From: Octopus vulgaris
Lineage: Eukaryota
Reading direction: 5' to 3'
Length of the DNA stretch: 64,000 bases
Assembly: GCA_951406725.2 (NCBI GenBank)
Contig: OX597817.1
Span: 127,100,001 to 127,164,000, forward strand
Shown: positions 1 to 13,569 of the stretch, piece after piece
Layout: the number at the start of each line of letters is the position of its first letter
Numbering within the stretch: the stretch's first letter is position 1
Made by a program: the position numbers and the translations under genes
The notes under the pieces: generated by a model
Databases searched by the model: none
Seen by the model: only the letters and a program-made list of their open reading frames with translations
What the model was told of the DNA's origin: nothing

Positions 1-1099
1 GCGTATTGCGTAAGCTGTATTTTCTCACACTGCTTGCAACTAATAGTGTTGTATCTTTATTTATGGGCGCTATGCATCATTCTGTCAACAGATAAAAACT
101 ATTTAAGGCTAATTTATTTAAGAGTATCTTCAATATCTCTACATAGAAGGATTATGCGCAGAAAACTTAATATGATTGGATTCGACATGGCTAGAGATTT
201 TGCGCAGAACTTTGCAAATGTAATTGAAACCAATTTTTTTTTTGTTTATGTTTACATTTAAAAGAATAAAATTTGGCAAAAAAATACAATTCAAACTCAA
301 TCTTTGCAATTTTATGTCGAAGTTTAAAATAATAGATGCCAGAGGAACCCAATTTTTTGTGGTTAAAATAACCTTCCTATTACTGTAATATATAATTATT
401 AAATAACTATATTCACCATGTAAGTATCTATTCAAATATACTTCTAAATGTATGTTAGATTTGATACCATTAGCATTCAGGATAAAAATGATGCAAGAAA
501 CATATAGAGAAACAAACGTATTATCTCTATAAATTCGATTTACTTCAGGGAACGGGCACATATTTTTGATAAGAGGCTGCAAGCAATGATAATAATTTGA
601 TGTGGGCCGCACTCGTAGACTGAACATTATTTAGTGCATTATATACTATAATTAATAAATATAATAATAACAAAATATGGAATATATGAACTGAGGTTAT
701 TTCTTTTAGAAGACACTTTTTAGTTGATGAATACACTAATATGGGTATTTTTTTATATATATACCACAAACGCTGTAGTAGCTATAAATAATGATCATAT
801 TTTCAAAAGATATTTCTTTGTTGCCGCATATATTTTTTCTAACCAACTTTATCTTTGTTTGTTTGCTTTTTGCTTCATAATATAGAAATTTATTGTTCTT
901 AGCAAAATTTAACTTTCTGAACTCACATTTCCGTCTGTTCTGCAAAATTCACAGCATTCTGGATAATTTTTGCTGCAGAGCTTCTTGATTTTGAATTTCA
1001 TAATTACAGTAAAAGTTACATAGGAAATGGAGTGTGTTAGCTAATTAAATTATTTAGTTAAATATGCAAACTTTGTGCCGTATTTGGGTAAGGCAAAAT

Positions 1100-2110
1100 C
1101 GTAATCTAATTTTACATATTAAAATTTAATCCTGTATAGAATTCCCATCATTATTTATAACTTGCTACCCTGTTCATCAGTGTCTTAATTCCAATGGTAA
1201 AAAACTCTTTTGGTTTTGCTGAGAAGAAACGAGGTCAGTTTCGACCTCATTTGGGGATTTTTGAGTAATAATCCATCTTAATCATTCTGTAAGCTTCCAA
1301 ACGAATGGCAATCTGAAGTAACGAGATTGGGAGAATGAGGTGAGTGGGAGATTTGTTTTCCAGCTAAATTCTTCGGTTTTTTCTGGTGTAATCTTTGTTG
1401 TGTGGGGACTTCTATTATCATGACGAAACCCCACTAACTTACAATTCTCCAAAGTAGGCATTTTCCCTTCAAAGCAGTATCCAAACGCTCTAATTGTTGG
1501 CAACCGGATGTAAGCGGTAACTGTTGCATTAGTTGATAGTGGCTCAAAGTAGATGTCTCCAGTGCAATCCCACCAAACATAATGAAGAACCGTCTCTGCA
1601 TTGAGCTAATTTTGAGGTTGTATTTTAGTCTGTCCTCCACAAATAAGCCATTGCTTCGGTCGTTTGACATTTTCGTAAAAGTTCCATTTTTCCTCACAAA
1701 TCACAAATCCAAAAATGGTGATGTATGTTCGACAGGGATGAAATGAGCAGATGACTTCTCGTGATTTTTGGTTGGTTTCTGTGAAATCTTGGGGAGCCTA
1801 CTTTCCGTGTTTAGGCAACTTTCAAATCTTTTGAAGATGGCACTGAACAGTTGAATGGCTTGAATCGAGCTTGCCTGCTAATTCTTCCACTGCTACAGCA
1901 CTCAAATTCTGCAAAAGAATCACATCATTCGTGGTCTCTCTCATAGGCTGAAATAACCATTTTTGAACTTTGCAAACAATCTTCCTCAATTTCTTTCGTT
2001 CAAGCACCCTTCCACCAAACAGAATGAATATTCCAGGTTGCTTATGCTGCACCGTTTCCATTTTTTTAAATCGTAAAGAATTGTGTTCTTCAAATTCTCC
2101 GATACATCCA
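1100..2110 (-). mobile_element. Degraded mariner (Tc1/mariner) transposase remnant
   Basis: Minus-strand frames give a HTH-like segment VAVEELAGKLDSSHSTVQCHLQKI (1822-2061), a DEKW-like catalytic region (~1690), RHDNRSPH (1282-1503 ORF) and a C-terminal QVINNDGN segment. Multiple stops and frameshifts. Confidence 0.85.
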
Positions 2111-2140
2111 TCTTTGACGGGTAAATATTAGTAATTAATT

Positions 2141-2360
2141 CTAAGGCAACGAGCTAGCAGAATTGTTAATGCGCCGGATAAAATGATTGCTGGCATTTCA
2201 TCCGTCTTGACGTTCTACGTTCACATTCCGCCGAGGCTGACTTTGCCTTTCATCCTCTCGAGATCGATAAAATAAGGACCACTTGAGTCATGAGTTCGAT
2301 GTAACCGACTTTTCTCATCCTCCGAAACTTGTGACCTCGTTCCAACATTTGAAACCAATG
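2141..2360 (+). mobile_element. SINE family A (octopus-type), full length with 13-bp TSD
   Basis: Same body as copies at 2917-3122, 37423-37620 and 46358-46546 (gagctagcagaattgtta...ttccgccgaggctgactttgcctttcatcc...atttgaaaccaa). Flanked by ttagtaattaatt at 2128-2140 and 2361-2373. Confidence 0.85.
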
Positions 2361-2916
2361 TTAGTAATTAATTAAAAAAGAAAATTTATTAAGTCGAAGG
2401 TTACCAAATTCATATGAGTATCAATCAATATGATATGACATTTTAGAGTACTGTAAAATTTGATAGAAATTATGTATTGGATATTTGATATTTCGGACAT
2501 TAATTATGGGATGAGCTGTCAGCTATTGATACAAGTGAAAACATGACCATTATTTTACATTTTCCTTTTTAAGATTGAGGCAAACAACGCATTGTTCAGC
2601 TATCGAAAATTGAAACCATTTACTATAAAAAAAATTCTATGTTTAACGAATTAGCTGTGTTAAAAATTAAATCTTTCATTTTGTATGTGAGACACAAAAC
2701 AAGTACCTTCTGTCATATTTAGCAAACGGAACAGGTCATAATTTTAAGAGATGATGATTTAATTGTCGACAGAATTTAATTCTTGTACCTTATGGGAAAT
2801 CACTTGTTTAAAAAACTAGATTATTGGATTTAGAACACAGAACGTAAATACCCAGAAAATGCCACTAAATATTTTGTCCGGCATGCTATTGAACTTGCCA
2901 GTGCGGCGACTTATAG

Positions 2917-3122
2917 ATTCAAATTTTGGTACAAGGCAAGCAATTTTGCGAGGAAAGGAGCACGTCAAATACATCGACCCCAGGGTTCGATTAGTTGTTA
3001 TTTTATCGATTCCGAAAGAGTGAATGGCAATGTCGATCGCGGCGCCATTTAAACTCAAAACGTAAACACACACGACGTGCCGTTAAACATTTTACCCGAC
3101 ACGCTAACGATTCTGGTAGCCT
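2917..3122 (-). mobile_element. SINE family A, inverted copy
   Basis: Reverse complement aligns with 2141-2360 (aaattttggtacaaggcaagc...ttttatcgat...acgctaacgattctggtagc). Confidence 0.8.
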
Positions 3123-4149
3123 TATCGTACATGTGCATAGTTGAATGTGATTAACAATTGTTCAAGTTACATATGAAAACCTTTCACTGATGGCAGTTTA
3201 CAGGACTATTTGCATGATTTGAACAATCGGTACATATTGAGTAAATTAATATTTATAGCATATTACACATTACGAAGTGAAGCTTCCATCAAGTTATTAC
3301 AAATCTGTCTATATATACAATATATGTCGAAATTTTTCTGTATGCCTAACCCTAGCCATATTAGTACACATATAAAATGTGCACGTATATAAGTAGTTTA
3401 GATTTTCTACTTACGTATATAACTTACGAGGTAATAAGACATTCTCATATTCTATATTTTCAGTTTCTGCTGCCCAGACTTCTAACAGTTCGTCATGACA
3501 AAATACTGGTTTTGGCAACTATAGTGTCTCTATTATATGCTTGAAAAGGATTCTTGTCAATTGTCATAACAAATGGGGGATTAATGGCGAATTACCACCT
3601 TTAAAAAGTGAAGTGATCTTTTGCATCATTGAGTTTAAAACCATTCCTGGATTTAAAATATATTTACTTCCCTTCAACCAAGAATGTTTCCTACAGTAAA
3701 ACACATGATTGTCAAGTCTCTGACAAATATTTGAAGTTAGGTAAAAACGCTTTATCTCAATTCAGGAGGAAGTGACCCCGAAAGCGGTATTTGGTTCAAA
3801 ATTTATTTTAGTTAAGTAAAACCTGTCCATTATCCGCTGTTGCAAAGATACCTGAACTCTAATTGTCATGCATATTTACCTGGTAATTCAGTCAGAAATG
3901 AAATATTGATTTTCTGGAAGTTATTTATTCGTTATATTTCCATTTGTTTTTTTATTTATTTTATAGAACGAATGTTTCTTTCAAAACGTTGTATAGATTA
4001 ATAAATTAGTTACCACAATCTCATACAATGTCTATACAATATTCCCGTTGTAGTAGTTTTCAAGGATTCTGGGAGCTCGCTAGTATTCCATATAGTTCTA
4101 TCAGGTCAACCCATAAGTTCTGTCCTATTTTACTTTTTTTTTAAATTAA

Positions 4150-4385
4150 AGATGAAGATAGAACAGGAAGTCCAGTTGAGTTAGTTGTGGCATTACTTGA
4201 AGAAAATCATGCATTATCAGTTGAAGAATTGGTAATAAAGCTTAGTTTAAACCATACAACTGTTAATCATCATCTTCAACAACTTGGAAAGGTTCCTAAA
4301 CTTGGAAAATGGGTGTTCCCATGAATTGTTCGAAAGCAACCGCAAATCCCGCGTGACATCTGCTCTTCTCTCCATTTTGGTGAAC
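4150..4385 (+). mobile_element. Mariner transposase N-terminal fragment
   Basis: Translates DEDRTGSPVE...SVEELVIKLSLNHTTVNHHLQQLGKVPKLGKWV/PHEL, the mariner WVPHEL motif with a 1-nt frameshift. Confidence 0.85.
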
Positions 4386-4614
4386 TGGGGACAATATAAT
4401 TAACTCACCGCATATGCCGAAATTTTTGGCCTTGTGCCAAAATTTGAAACCAATATTTATTGTTGCATGAATAATATATAATTCTCTACATACTAAAATG
4501 TGATCCGTATTTAGGTATCTTATGAAACCTTAGTGACAACAAGACTAGAAAACTCATACCCAAATGCGTTTAAACATTTAAATTTAACTTCAACATTATA
4601 ATCATCATCTACAT

Positions 4615-5288
4615 AAGTTTTTGAAAATTTTCCCCAAAAATTTTTGAAATATTTTTGGAAAATTTTCCTCGAAATGTTTGAAAATTTTCCTCGAAATGTT
4701 TGAAAATTTTCCCCAAAAATTTTCAACAATTTTTCCCAGAAATTTTGGAAAATTATTCCCAAAGTTTTTTCAAAATTTTCCCCAAAAATTTTTGAAAAAT
4801 TTTTTGATAATTTTTCCCCAAACTTTTTGAGAATTTTTCCCAAATATTTTTCAAAAATTTATGAAAATTACCTCCAAAAATTTTTAACAATTTTTCCCAA
4901 AGATTTTTCAAAATTTTTCACAAACATTTTTCAAAATTTTCCCCAAAACTTTTTTTCAAAATTTTTTTAAATATTCACTAAAAATTTGTGAAAAATTTTT
5001 TGAAAGTTTTCCTCATAAATTTTTGAAAATTTTCCTCAAAAGTTTTTGAAAATTTTCCCCAAAACATTTTTTTAAATCTCTTAAAAATTTTCCACAAAAG
5101 TTTTTGAAAAATTTTTGAAAATTTTCCTCAAAAAATTTAGAAAATTTTACCCAAAATTTTTGAAATTTTTCTCCAAAAATTATTTAAAATATTTGAAAAT
5201 TTTCTCCAAAAGTTTTTGAAAAATTTCCTGAAAATTTTCCTCAAAATTTTTTTTAATTTTTCTGAAAAAGTTTTGAAATTCTTTTCCT
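4615..5288. repeat. Degenerate ~22-bp (11-bp half-unit) minisatellite of A/T/C tracts
   Basis: Repeated units like ttttgaaaattttccccaaaaa over ~670 bp. The 4520..4843 ORF is a read-through of it. Confidence 0.85.
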
Positions 5289-8199
5289 AATTGATTTGAT
5301 TGATGAGCTGTGGCCATGCTGGGGCACCGCCATGTATGTATACATATATATAGGCATAATCACACTCCGTTCCTCCTCTAGGGATTATGTCCATAATATA
5401 GCTTTAAAGATTATTTTCATTTCGAGAGTGTAAATTATGTTGGGAACATTTGGAAGATACATGTAGATGATAATATCCGAATGATCCTCTTTAATAATCT
5501 ATACTTTCTTTTGCGCATTTTGAAACATTTAACAAAAAAATAATAATAATGTAAAAACACGAAACTTTATATACATATACATGAGCGTGCTTGTGTTTAA
5601 CTGTGAATTCAATTAATTAAAGCTAAAGAAACATTTATGCTTTAATTATGCATAATATAATGAACATGATGAGGCTAATACTCTCCAATATCGAAGTGCA
5701 TAAATTGTTTCCCGTTGAATTAACAAATTAATATTTGTAGCTTAAAAATATTATAACACGTAGAAATCTTGTTAATATCATGGAACAATATTCCAAATCA
5801 TTGTAAATTGTTTTCCTGTAGAATTGTATTACTTATGCCAGTATGATATGTGTTTTTTCAAATGGGTGACGTTGTATGTTTGCAATTAAGTCTGAAAATA
5901 TATTACGCTTCAGATGCCTTGTTATTTAATCTGTCAGTGGTATGTTCACTTTTAATACATATTCTTAAAATATAACGAAATCTTAGATTATCTTTGTTCA
6001 ATCCAAATTTCTTTGGCACCAAATGAATTTAAATTACGGCTTTTCCTATATGGTTTGGCATTATATATATCAGGGATGTCGAGTGATGTAGAAAAAAAGA
6101 AATTATGTTCGAAAAAATTGTTCTTACACAGCACTGAATGTTCAAAGTCAGTGGCTAAACTGAATGTAGTAGCAAGGCAGATATATTCAATACCTCAGTA
6201 TCACACACAAAGCAACCAACAAGAAGAATAGTTTAATGGAGCATGACAAATAAAGTGTGAAAGGAATGGTTGTAGAAAGACAGAGAAATACATGGAATGA
6301 AAATAAGAGGTAGAGTTTATGTGACAAGAAAGCATTACTATTAACTATTATTCGTTTAAGCTTATGTTGGGAAAATAACTCTGTTTGCAGAGAAAGTAGA
6401 AATGAGTTTTATTCCCAGCTAATCTAATTATTTGATCCCAAGGTAGTAGGGTCGCTTGGCGAAAGCTTGCTTTGGAACTGGTCAGCAATGTCTAAAGTTA
6501 TTATCTCCTAAATATTTGTTTTATCCAACTATACTTGCTATATGCAATGCTGATCTGTCTCACTGATGCGTTATATTATTTAATTTGTTCTCATTGTCAA
6601 TCACACAGGAAAGAAAATATTCAATTAATATATATTTCTGTAGGAAACTGTGAGCCACCAACTCTCTAACCGAGAAATAACCTGGGGGTCAGGTTTTATT
6701 AACTACCAAATAGTCGGTGCTTGGTACTTACCAGGTGTAAGTATACTAGTTTACTGTCTAATCAATGGCGGATCTCACCATGCTACAATTAAAAGCATTC
6801 TACAATCATATTAGATTTTCTCATACAGATCGACTGTAAGCGAAAATTATATACTGCGATGTCATCAAAGTATTGAAATACGTCTTGATAGCACATAGAC
6901 ATTAACTCGTAAATTACAGTACTGGTTCAGTAGCAGCAAGAAAAACTACACAAAATACAAATACGGGCTAATATATAATCAAAATTATGATAATTTGTAA
7001 AGGCATAACCATGACCCTGCCCAAATGAAATAGCTGTTGAGTCTTCAAAACAAATGATAAATTTCCATATTTCGGGGGAAAAAAACGGCAGAAGATGTGG
7101 GTCAGAGAAAAAAGGAATAAAACACCATATCAGTTTTAGTAGCAGGTACTGCGGCTTTAGCAAAAAGAATATGCTACATTTAGAAAATATACGGGTGAAA
7201 TTATGAGCATAGATTCATTTTCCAACATTCATAATAACTACAGAATAATTTAAGCGTGCGAATTCGGGACGTTATTCGCTGTTCAGAAAAGTGCTTTACA
7301 TTCTACAGATTCAATTAGAAAAATCGTGACTGTTACGAACGAAAATCTTGGGAGGATTGTAAATCATGAAATTATGCTGTCAAATGTAAAATAATTGAAA
7401 ACGAATTGTTTGGTCATGTGGAGCAACAGCTTTGCTCCTTGCCTCTATGAAATATTCTCTTGCATAGCGAAACGTTCTGTCAAAGAGAAATCAAAGGACT
7501 GCAATATGTTCTTTGCTTAGTATCAGAACCATCATATCGAAAGCATGAGTTTGGCTGACGAAAGATAAGGAGACTGGCAGGATGATGCATCATGTGCTAA
7601 AGGTTTTGTAATCTCTGTCATATAAATATTGAAGCAAAATTATCAAGGTTTCGGATTAGTAAACCGAAAATTCATGTGTTGCAGGCTAGTTTAGCAAAGT
7701 TGAGAAAAAATATATCCAAAGTTATAATATATGCTTGAGGAAAGTAGAAATGAATTTATTTTATTTCTCCACCTGTATAATATATTTCATAATTCATGGA
7801 GGGTTATAACACACGAAGGACTAAATATGAACTACAGGGAACATTTTTCGAGATTTACATCCAGTAATATCTACTTGAACTACACCTAACATCGCTAGTA
7901 TCATGAACCAATGCCACTGGAGAACATTTTTGAAACATTTTTAGTTGTCTTGCTTTTTACAATTTGTTGAAGCTGTGTTTAGGAATGCTCTCAGGAATTT
8001 TTTTCCACGTCAAGTTTTTTGTTAAACAAGGATTGATTTTTTTTTACCAAAACGTGTCAATTTTGCCATTGAATGCATTACTGAAATAGGAAACTAACAC
8101 AAGCCAAATAGTACGTTTTATTGTTTAACAGATATATTATACAAAATGTTTCATTACGCATCTTAGAATAGATATTTCTCTCAAACTGGAGTTTCAGCT

Positions 8200-9605
8200 A
8201 TTCAAGGAATGAACTTTCTCTTCTCTGCTTTATGTGAATAAATTGCATCATGGCAGTCTTTTTGCGGTGACCTGCGGTAGACATCATCATTTTGGTATTC
8301 CACCTGCCTGGTTACCTAGTTCCTATGTTCTCGATGTCTTAGTTGGATATATCTTCTTGTTCTTCTCTTATTGCCTTATGATTTTCAAGGAAGTAGTCCA
8401 GATGACTGTGCAGGAAAAGCACATTTACACTCTTGTTGCAGCCCAGTGCTCGAAAAGTGATTAACAGGGTCTGCACAAGCTCGTTATAATTTGATCGATA
8501 CATGTTTCCCAAGAAATCAGATATAACTGCGGCAAAAGCATTCTTTGCTTCTATTTCAATGCCGGATATGGTCTCCAAAACTAGCTCGTCCAACAATAGC
8601 TATCTATATGGCCCATCAAACACAGCAACCTTAATTTTATCACAAGACAAAACTGGAAACTTTCTGCTTAAATATTTGAAGCAATCAGTCTCAGTCTTTC
8701 TACAGAAATTTTGTCTTGTCACCCACTTTCATGCTAAAGTAAGTGAAGAAGTAAGATAAGCTTTCTTCACAAAATCTGTGATTTTGTTTCACTGTCTAAT
8801 CCAGAAATAAACAGAAGACATGGGGAATGTTTTTACATTCTCTTCTCTCACAATTAGCCATATTTCTGAAATACAAAACGTATTCAAACCAGCTGTCACC
8901 TGGGAAAAGAATTTTCAAAATAGTCAACATTTATAAAGTAAGCAAATGCTTATTCGTGATGACCAAGTTCCAATAAAGAGCATATACACTATGAAGTTCT
9001 TTTGCCGTTCTTTTTTACCATGCTTGACGAAGACTGACCTTGACCCATGTGAGCTTACAGTTAAAACATTAATGGCACATTCAAAATACCAATTTTCATA
9101 AGAAACTGTTAAAAGTTCAACAAAATATGTCTCATCTAGTTTGCAATGATAGTCACACTAAATAACGCAGAGCGTGGGCATATCTTCAGACAAATTTCGC
9201 AAATATTAAATATGTATGGACTCATGGACAACGAATATATGATGTTTCTCATCATCTAATTTTACAAATGACCTTTCTGCCATCATCATGACATTTGAAA
9301 CTGGTTAGGTTGAAAATAATGAAAGTTACTCAAGTTTGATCCTTTTTTTATTTACTGAAGATGCTTAAATAATGACTTTCGTTGTCACTTTTGTAGTTGT
9401 ATTTACTTTAAATGGCATTGAAAAACTATGTTTCCAAAGTTATGTCAACCTCCATGCATAGGCTTGCATTTGATGAAGTCAAATCTACCCTCAGAAATGG
9501 TTACAATTCCAGCAATGTTGACAAATTGACATCTGAGTTAGTGGAAAATTTTGGTGTGATAGAACAAAATGGATGTCATTTTTGAAATCAGCTGTGTGTT
9601 AAACA
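8200..9605 (-). mobile_element. Degraded DNA transposon, Chapaev/CMC-like transposase
   Basis: Minus-strand peptides DCFKYLSRKFPVLSCDKIKVAVFDGP, DFLGNMYRSNYNELVQTLLITFRALGCNKSVNVLFLHSHLDYFLEN and DIENIGTR*PGRWNTKMM match the widespread HSHLD.FP.N...ERFHQDI...RYQGRW transposase family. Superfamily assignment is from memory. Possible terminal-type sequence near 9555-9600. Confidence 0.75.
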
Positions 9606-9964
9606 GCGTCGATTATTACAATTCTTTATATAATAATAATAGTATTTTATAAGATTAATGCTTATCAGCAGTCACAGCGCAATGACCAAAGAAAATAGTC
9701 TAATAATAGGGCATATAATCCCACCCACTTGATGAAAATAATGTAGGTTTTCCAGTACATGTGGGACTCCAACTCATAGATCTTTGTTTTCGCGACGAGA
9801 ATGCTACCATTACACTGTTTCATTCCTCCAGATTGAAGAACTATGATTACTTCGCAGTGTTGTTTTTGTAAACAAAATTTCATGTACTTTTACTGCGATG
9901 GTTTTTGTTATTCTGTAAATAATAATAATACTATTCTATACTATTCTCTAAGCTTAAATCTTAT

Positions 9965-10016
9965 AACTCTCCAAAATATACCCATTCATTCATGAATAGG
10001 TATATTTTGGAGAGTT
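9965..10016. repeat. Near-perfect hairpin (local inverted duplication)
   Basis: aactctccaaaatatacc (9965-9982) is the exact reverse complement of 9999-10016. The inner cattcat/atgaata extends the stem with one mismatch. Confidence 0.9.
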
Positions 10017-10466
10017 TTTTCGGTGGTCGGAGTAGTTTTAGTATTTTATACAATATACAATCAATGATAAACAGTGTCTCCATGAAAAAAATATTAATTA
10101 CTACTATGTTTTTGTTGATGAAACTTGTTTTTCCGCGTACCTACTTACCCTGTTTGTGATGTTGGTTAATGGAATAACTATAAAAATGAATCTTTTAAAT
10201 TTAACTAAATTCTATAATCGTATGCAGCTGAAGATTGCGCTAGATTTTAAACTGATGTAATACTTGCGTTGTTTATTTAAATGGAGTCGCATGAAACGAC
10301 CGTACTGCATTACCTCTGGATATCCTTGTTGCTTAATTTTATTATAATCACCCCATTTTGAATTATATGGATAATACCATACTAAATTCGGGTGCCTTTA
10401 ACTTAAGCATCATATTCAACTGAATTTAAAATTTTTACTGAGCTTATATATATATATATATATATG

Positions 10467-10825
10467 ATTTCATTAAACCTGGGTCATCAATCACGGCCGA
10501 AGTATACTGCAGCCAACTGGATCAAATGATGCAGAAACAAACAAAAATAGCCTAAATTAATCAACAGATCCACTTCTATTTTATTGCAAGACAAAGCAAA
10601 CCACACATCGCAAAAATTACATTGGGGAAATTATAGGAGTTGGAGTTGGAATTTCTCCATCATCCACCGCACTCACCTGATCTTGCCCCCACTGACTACC
10701 ACTTCTTCCAGAATTTGGATAGCTTTTTGATGCTGTATAATTGGCCTTCCAATATGTTATTGACTGTAACTTGTCAGGCTTTTACAGTTCCGGGCTGGAC
10801 AAGCTACCTCTGAAATATGGGTACC
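10467..10825 (+). mobile_element. Mariner transposase C-terminal fragment
   Basis: Translates FIKPGSSITAEVYCSQLDQM...ILLQD...PH...LEFLHHPPHSPDLAPTDYHFFQNLDSFL (YSPDLAP motif). Confidence 0.9.
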
Positions 10826-11444
10826 CAAAATATACATGTGTGTGAGAATGTGATTGTATGTGTGCCTTTCTGTGCAAAAATATAAAAGACAAACAGAGAA
10901 CGTGAGAGAGAGAGAGAAAGAGAAAGGATGCGAAGAAGTAAAACACTATCTACGTTTCCTAAGTTAAGAATATCCATATAATGACTTATTAAAACAACTT
11001 CATAATTAAGTATGGCGAGCGCGTTTTCCTTAGGGTAATAACATGGTAGTCTGCACCTGAGGAAAATACACTATTCATCATTGATTATGATATTGCTTCA
11101 ATAACTCATAATTTGAATTTTGTGCACTTTGGAAACTTGTAGTGCTTAACCGCTTCCGTTCTTTTCATTTACACACCTACTTGTTTCATAGTTAATAACA
11201 TAAGTGCTTTTGACCTGGAGTTCTGTAGCATCTATAATCATATCAGGATTACCTTTTTAATTTTGATGTCGGTCGAAGTGTATTTAATATATTGCTTAAT
11301 CAATTTTTATTGATTGATGATTTATTGTTTCCTTGCAGTGTACTATACAAGAAGAGAATAGGATAGGAGCTAACTAGCTGTTTTACCACGATCGATTGGA
11401 TCTCATATGCGAGCGCGTGTTTGTGTGTGTATTTCTAAATGTCT

Positions 11445-11468
11445 GTAAGTAGATAGGCAGGTAGATAC

Positions 11469-11499
<31 letters not shown>

Positions 11500-11500
11500 A

Positions 11501-11532
<32 letters not shown>

Positions 11533-11640
11533 GTAGGTAGGTAGGCAGGCAGACAGGCAGGCAGAAAGGCAGAAAGGCAGGTACGTACGTTCGTACGTAA
11601 GTAGGTTGGTAGCGATGTATATATGTATACATGTATGTTA
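11445..11640. repeat. Compound tetranucleotide microsatellite (TAGT)n-(TAGG)n-(CAGG)n-(TACG)n
   Basis: Directly visible. Confidence 0.95.
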
Positions 11641-12061
11641 GTTTCTTACTTATTATTTTTGACCGACAACCTACAGAGGAGCAAGGTAATGAAGGAAAGA
11701 ACTTTGCTTTAATCATTATCATCTGAATCTTAATGAAGTCTTGCGCATTTTTATAGCCCCAGATATCGTGATCATTTATAGCGTATGAATTAAGGATTTG
11801 TGTTCTCTCCCCAAAAGATCAAATTCAGCGATACTTTGCTCCAAACAGATTGGCACGTATTGCGTTGCTCCGTTGATAATAGTTATGAACTAAAAGTAGA
11901 TTTGGGTACTGGATTTGCAAACTCCTTATATGTCCATATATGTCCTCTTTCTATAGTATTTTACTCACCACGTTGGTGTCCAGAATGCAAACGATTTCCA
12001 ATACCGAAAATATTTTCCCTGAGATCACAAGCAGCAATAATTCGACGGTTGTATTTTAAGG

Positions 12062-12348
12062 TGCTATGTTTTTTCGTCCGACGTCACTTCGTCAAACGTC
12101 TTTTCGTCTACGTCTTTTCGTCCGAGGCTGCTTTTTGTACGAGGCTTCTTTTGTCCAACGACAAAACCTATTGATAAAATTCACAATGATTATTTCATTT
12201 TGATGTTCACCTTCTTTTCTAAAGGGTTTATTGAAAATTCGACAAAATGTCGTTGGATAAAAAATCATCGGACATAAGGCTGTCGGACCAAAAGACATGG
12301 GCGAAGTGATGTTGAACAAATGACCTCAGAAGAAACGTCGGGTCACGG
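12062..12348. mobile_element. Foldback/MITE-like element with arms made of ~15-bp subrepeats
   Basis: Left arm repeats ttttcgtccgacgtc-like units (12070-12165). Right arm repeats the complementary gtcggacca/gttggataa/atcggacat units (12240-12348). Confidence 0.6.
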
Positions 12349-12842
12349 TCTCAATATGGTCAACTTCGTCTGTAGGTATTTTCTGTTCTGACCATCGCAT
12401 CATGTTTCATGATGAGATAATAACATCTCTCGTTGTTGGCAATAATTAGTTTAATGTCTTCGATCATTATCTTCCGCAAACTACATTTGTTGTCTGCCAA
12501 TGTTTTCTGTTACATGCTGGGGATCTCTTGTTTTGAATTACATGGGGGTAGTGGAATGCCATAAATTTGTCGGTAATCCATGCCAATCGCTTTACATAAC
12601 CAATGCTCATATGGGATGTGTTTTAAGTACCATATAATTATCTACTATCTTCTCAGTGAACCGGTCCATTTTTATTTTGTTCTTCTGATTAATAGATTTT
12701 ACCAATGTTTTTTGAGGATAGATCCGTATCAGCACTTATTTCCTGACTCTCCTTACGTTCCTTATCTATCCTAATTACAGTGTTGATTTGATGGTGGCTG
12801 TTTTACTTTTTAAGCTCTGCAACTTGGCGAAGGATAATACTA

Positions 12843-12844
<2 letters not shown>

Positions 12845-12929
<85 letters not shown>

Positions 12930-13010
12930 TATATATATTTAAATATATATATATATTGATACAGATATATATATAGATATAGATATAGATATATATGTAG
13001 ATATATACAT
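12845..13010. repeat. (CA)n-(TA)n microsatellite
   Basis: Directly visible. Confidence 0.95.
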
Positions 13011-13432
13011 GCGATGTAAATATTCGTGTATAAATAAATACGAAGTATAATAGTGAATTTCGCAAAAAGGTTAAGTTGGTCTCCCCACTGAATGCAATAT
13101 TTATAGAAAGTAGACTGTAAATGTTTATTCAAGCAAAATTTCTCAAACTATATCATATTTTACTTTCTCAGGAGCACTTCATCACAGATAACAGTTTTCT
13201 GAAGGTAATTGTCCGAGAGACCAGAAGGCATGTTAGTTCTGATCCCTACCCCACTACATACAAATATGTAGAGATATATGTATATGAATAAATAGGAGTA
13301 TCAGTATACAATTGTAAAAGTAAGAGCGCAAACTGGTAAATAGATAGACAGCCGTAGTCAGATTATTTGATATATAGATAATTGCGTAATTTTTCTTTGA
13401 CATTATATATTGTTTAGATACATAATCGCTAT

Positions 13433-13535
13433 AGGCGCAGGCGTAGCTGTTTGGTAAAAACTTTGCTTCTCAGCCACATGGAATCTCGAGCAAATGTCGT
13501 CTACAATAACCTATGTATGTATGTATGCATGTATG

Positions 13536-13569
<34 letters not shown>

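Noticed and set aside
139-627. 162-aa minus-strand ORF
   Set aside because: Composition is typical of AT-rich non-coding DNA (I/L/N/Y-rich), with no recognisable domain or convincing splice context.
4520-4843. 107-aa K/F-rich amphipathic-looking ORF
   Set aside because: Read-through of the 22-bp minisatellite.
12400-12760. Possible RTE ORF C-terminal remnant (IRRTK*KWTG on the minus strand)
   Set aside because: Only one short motif resemblance, which is insufficient.
13433-13500. tRNA-like heads of SINEs considered as tRNA genes
   Set aside because: No complete cloverleaf, and they are continuous with SINE bodies.
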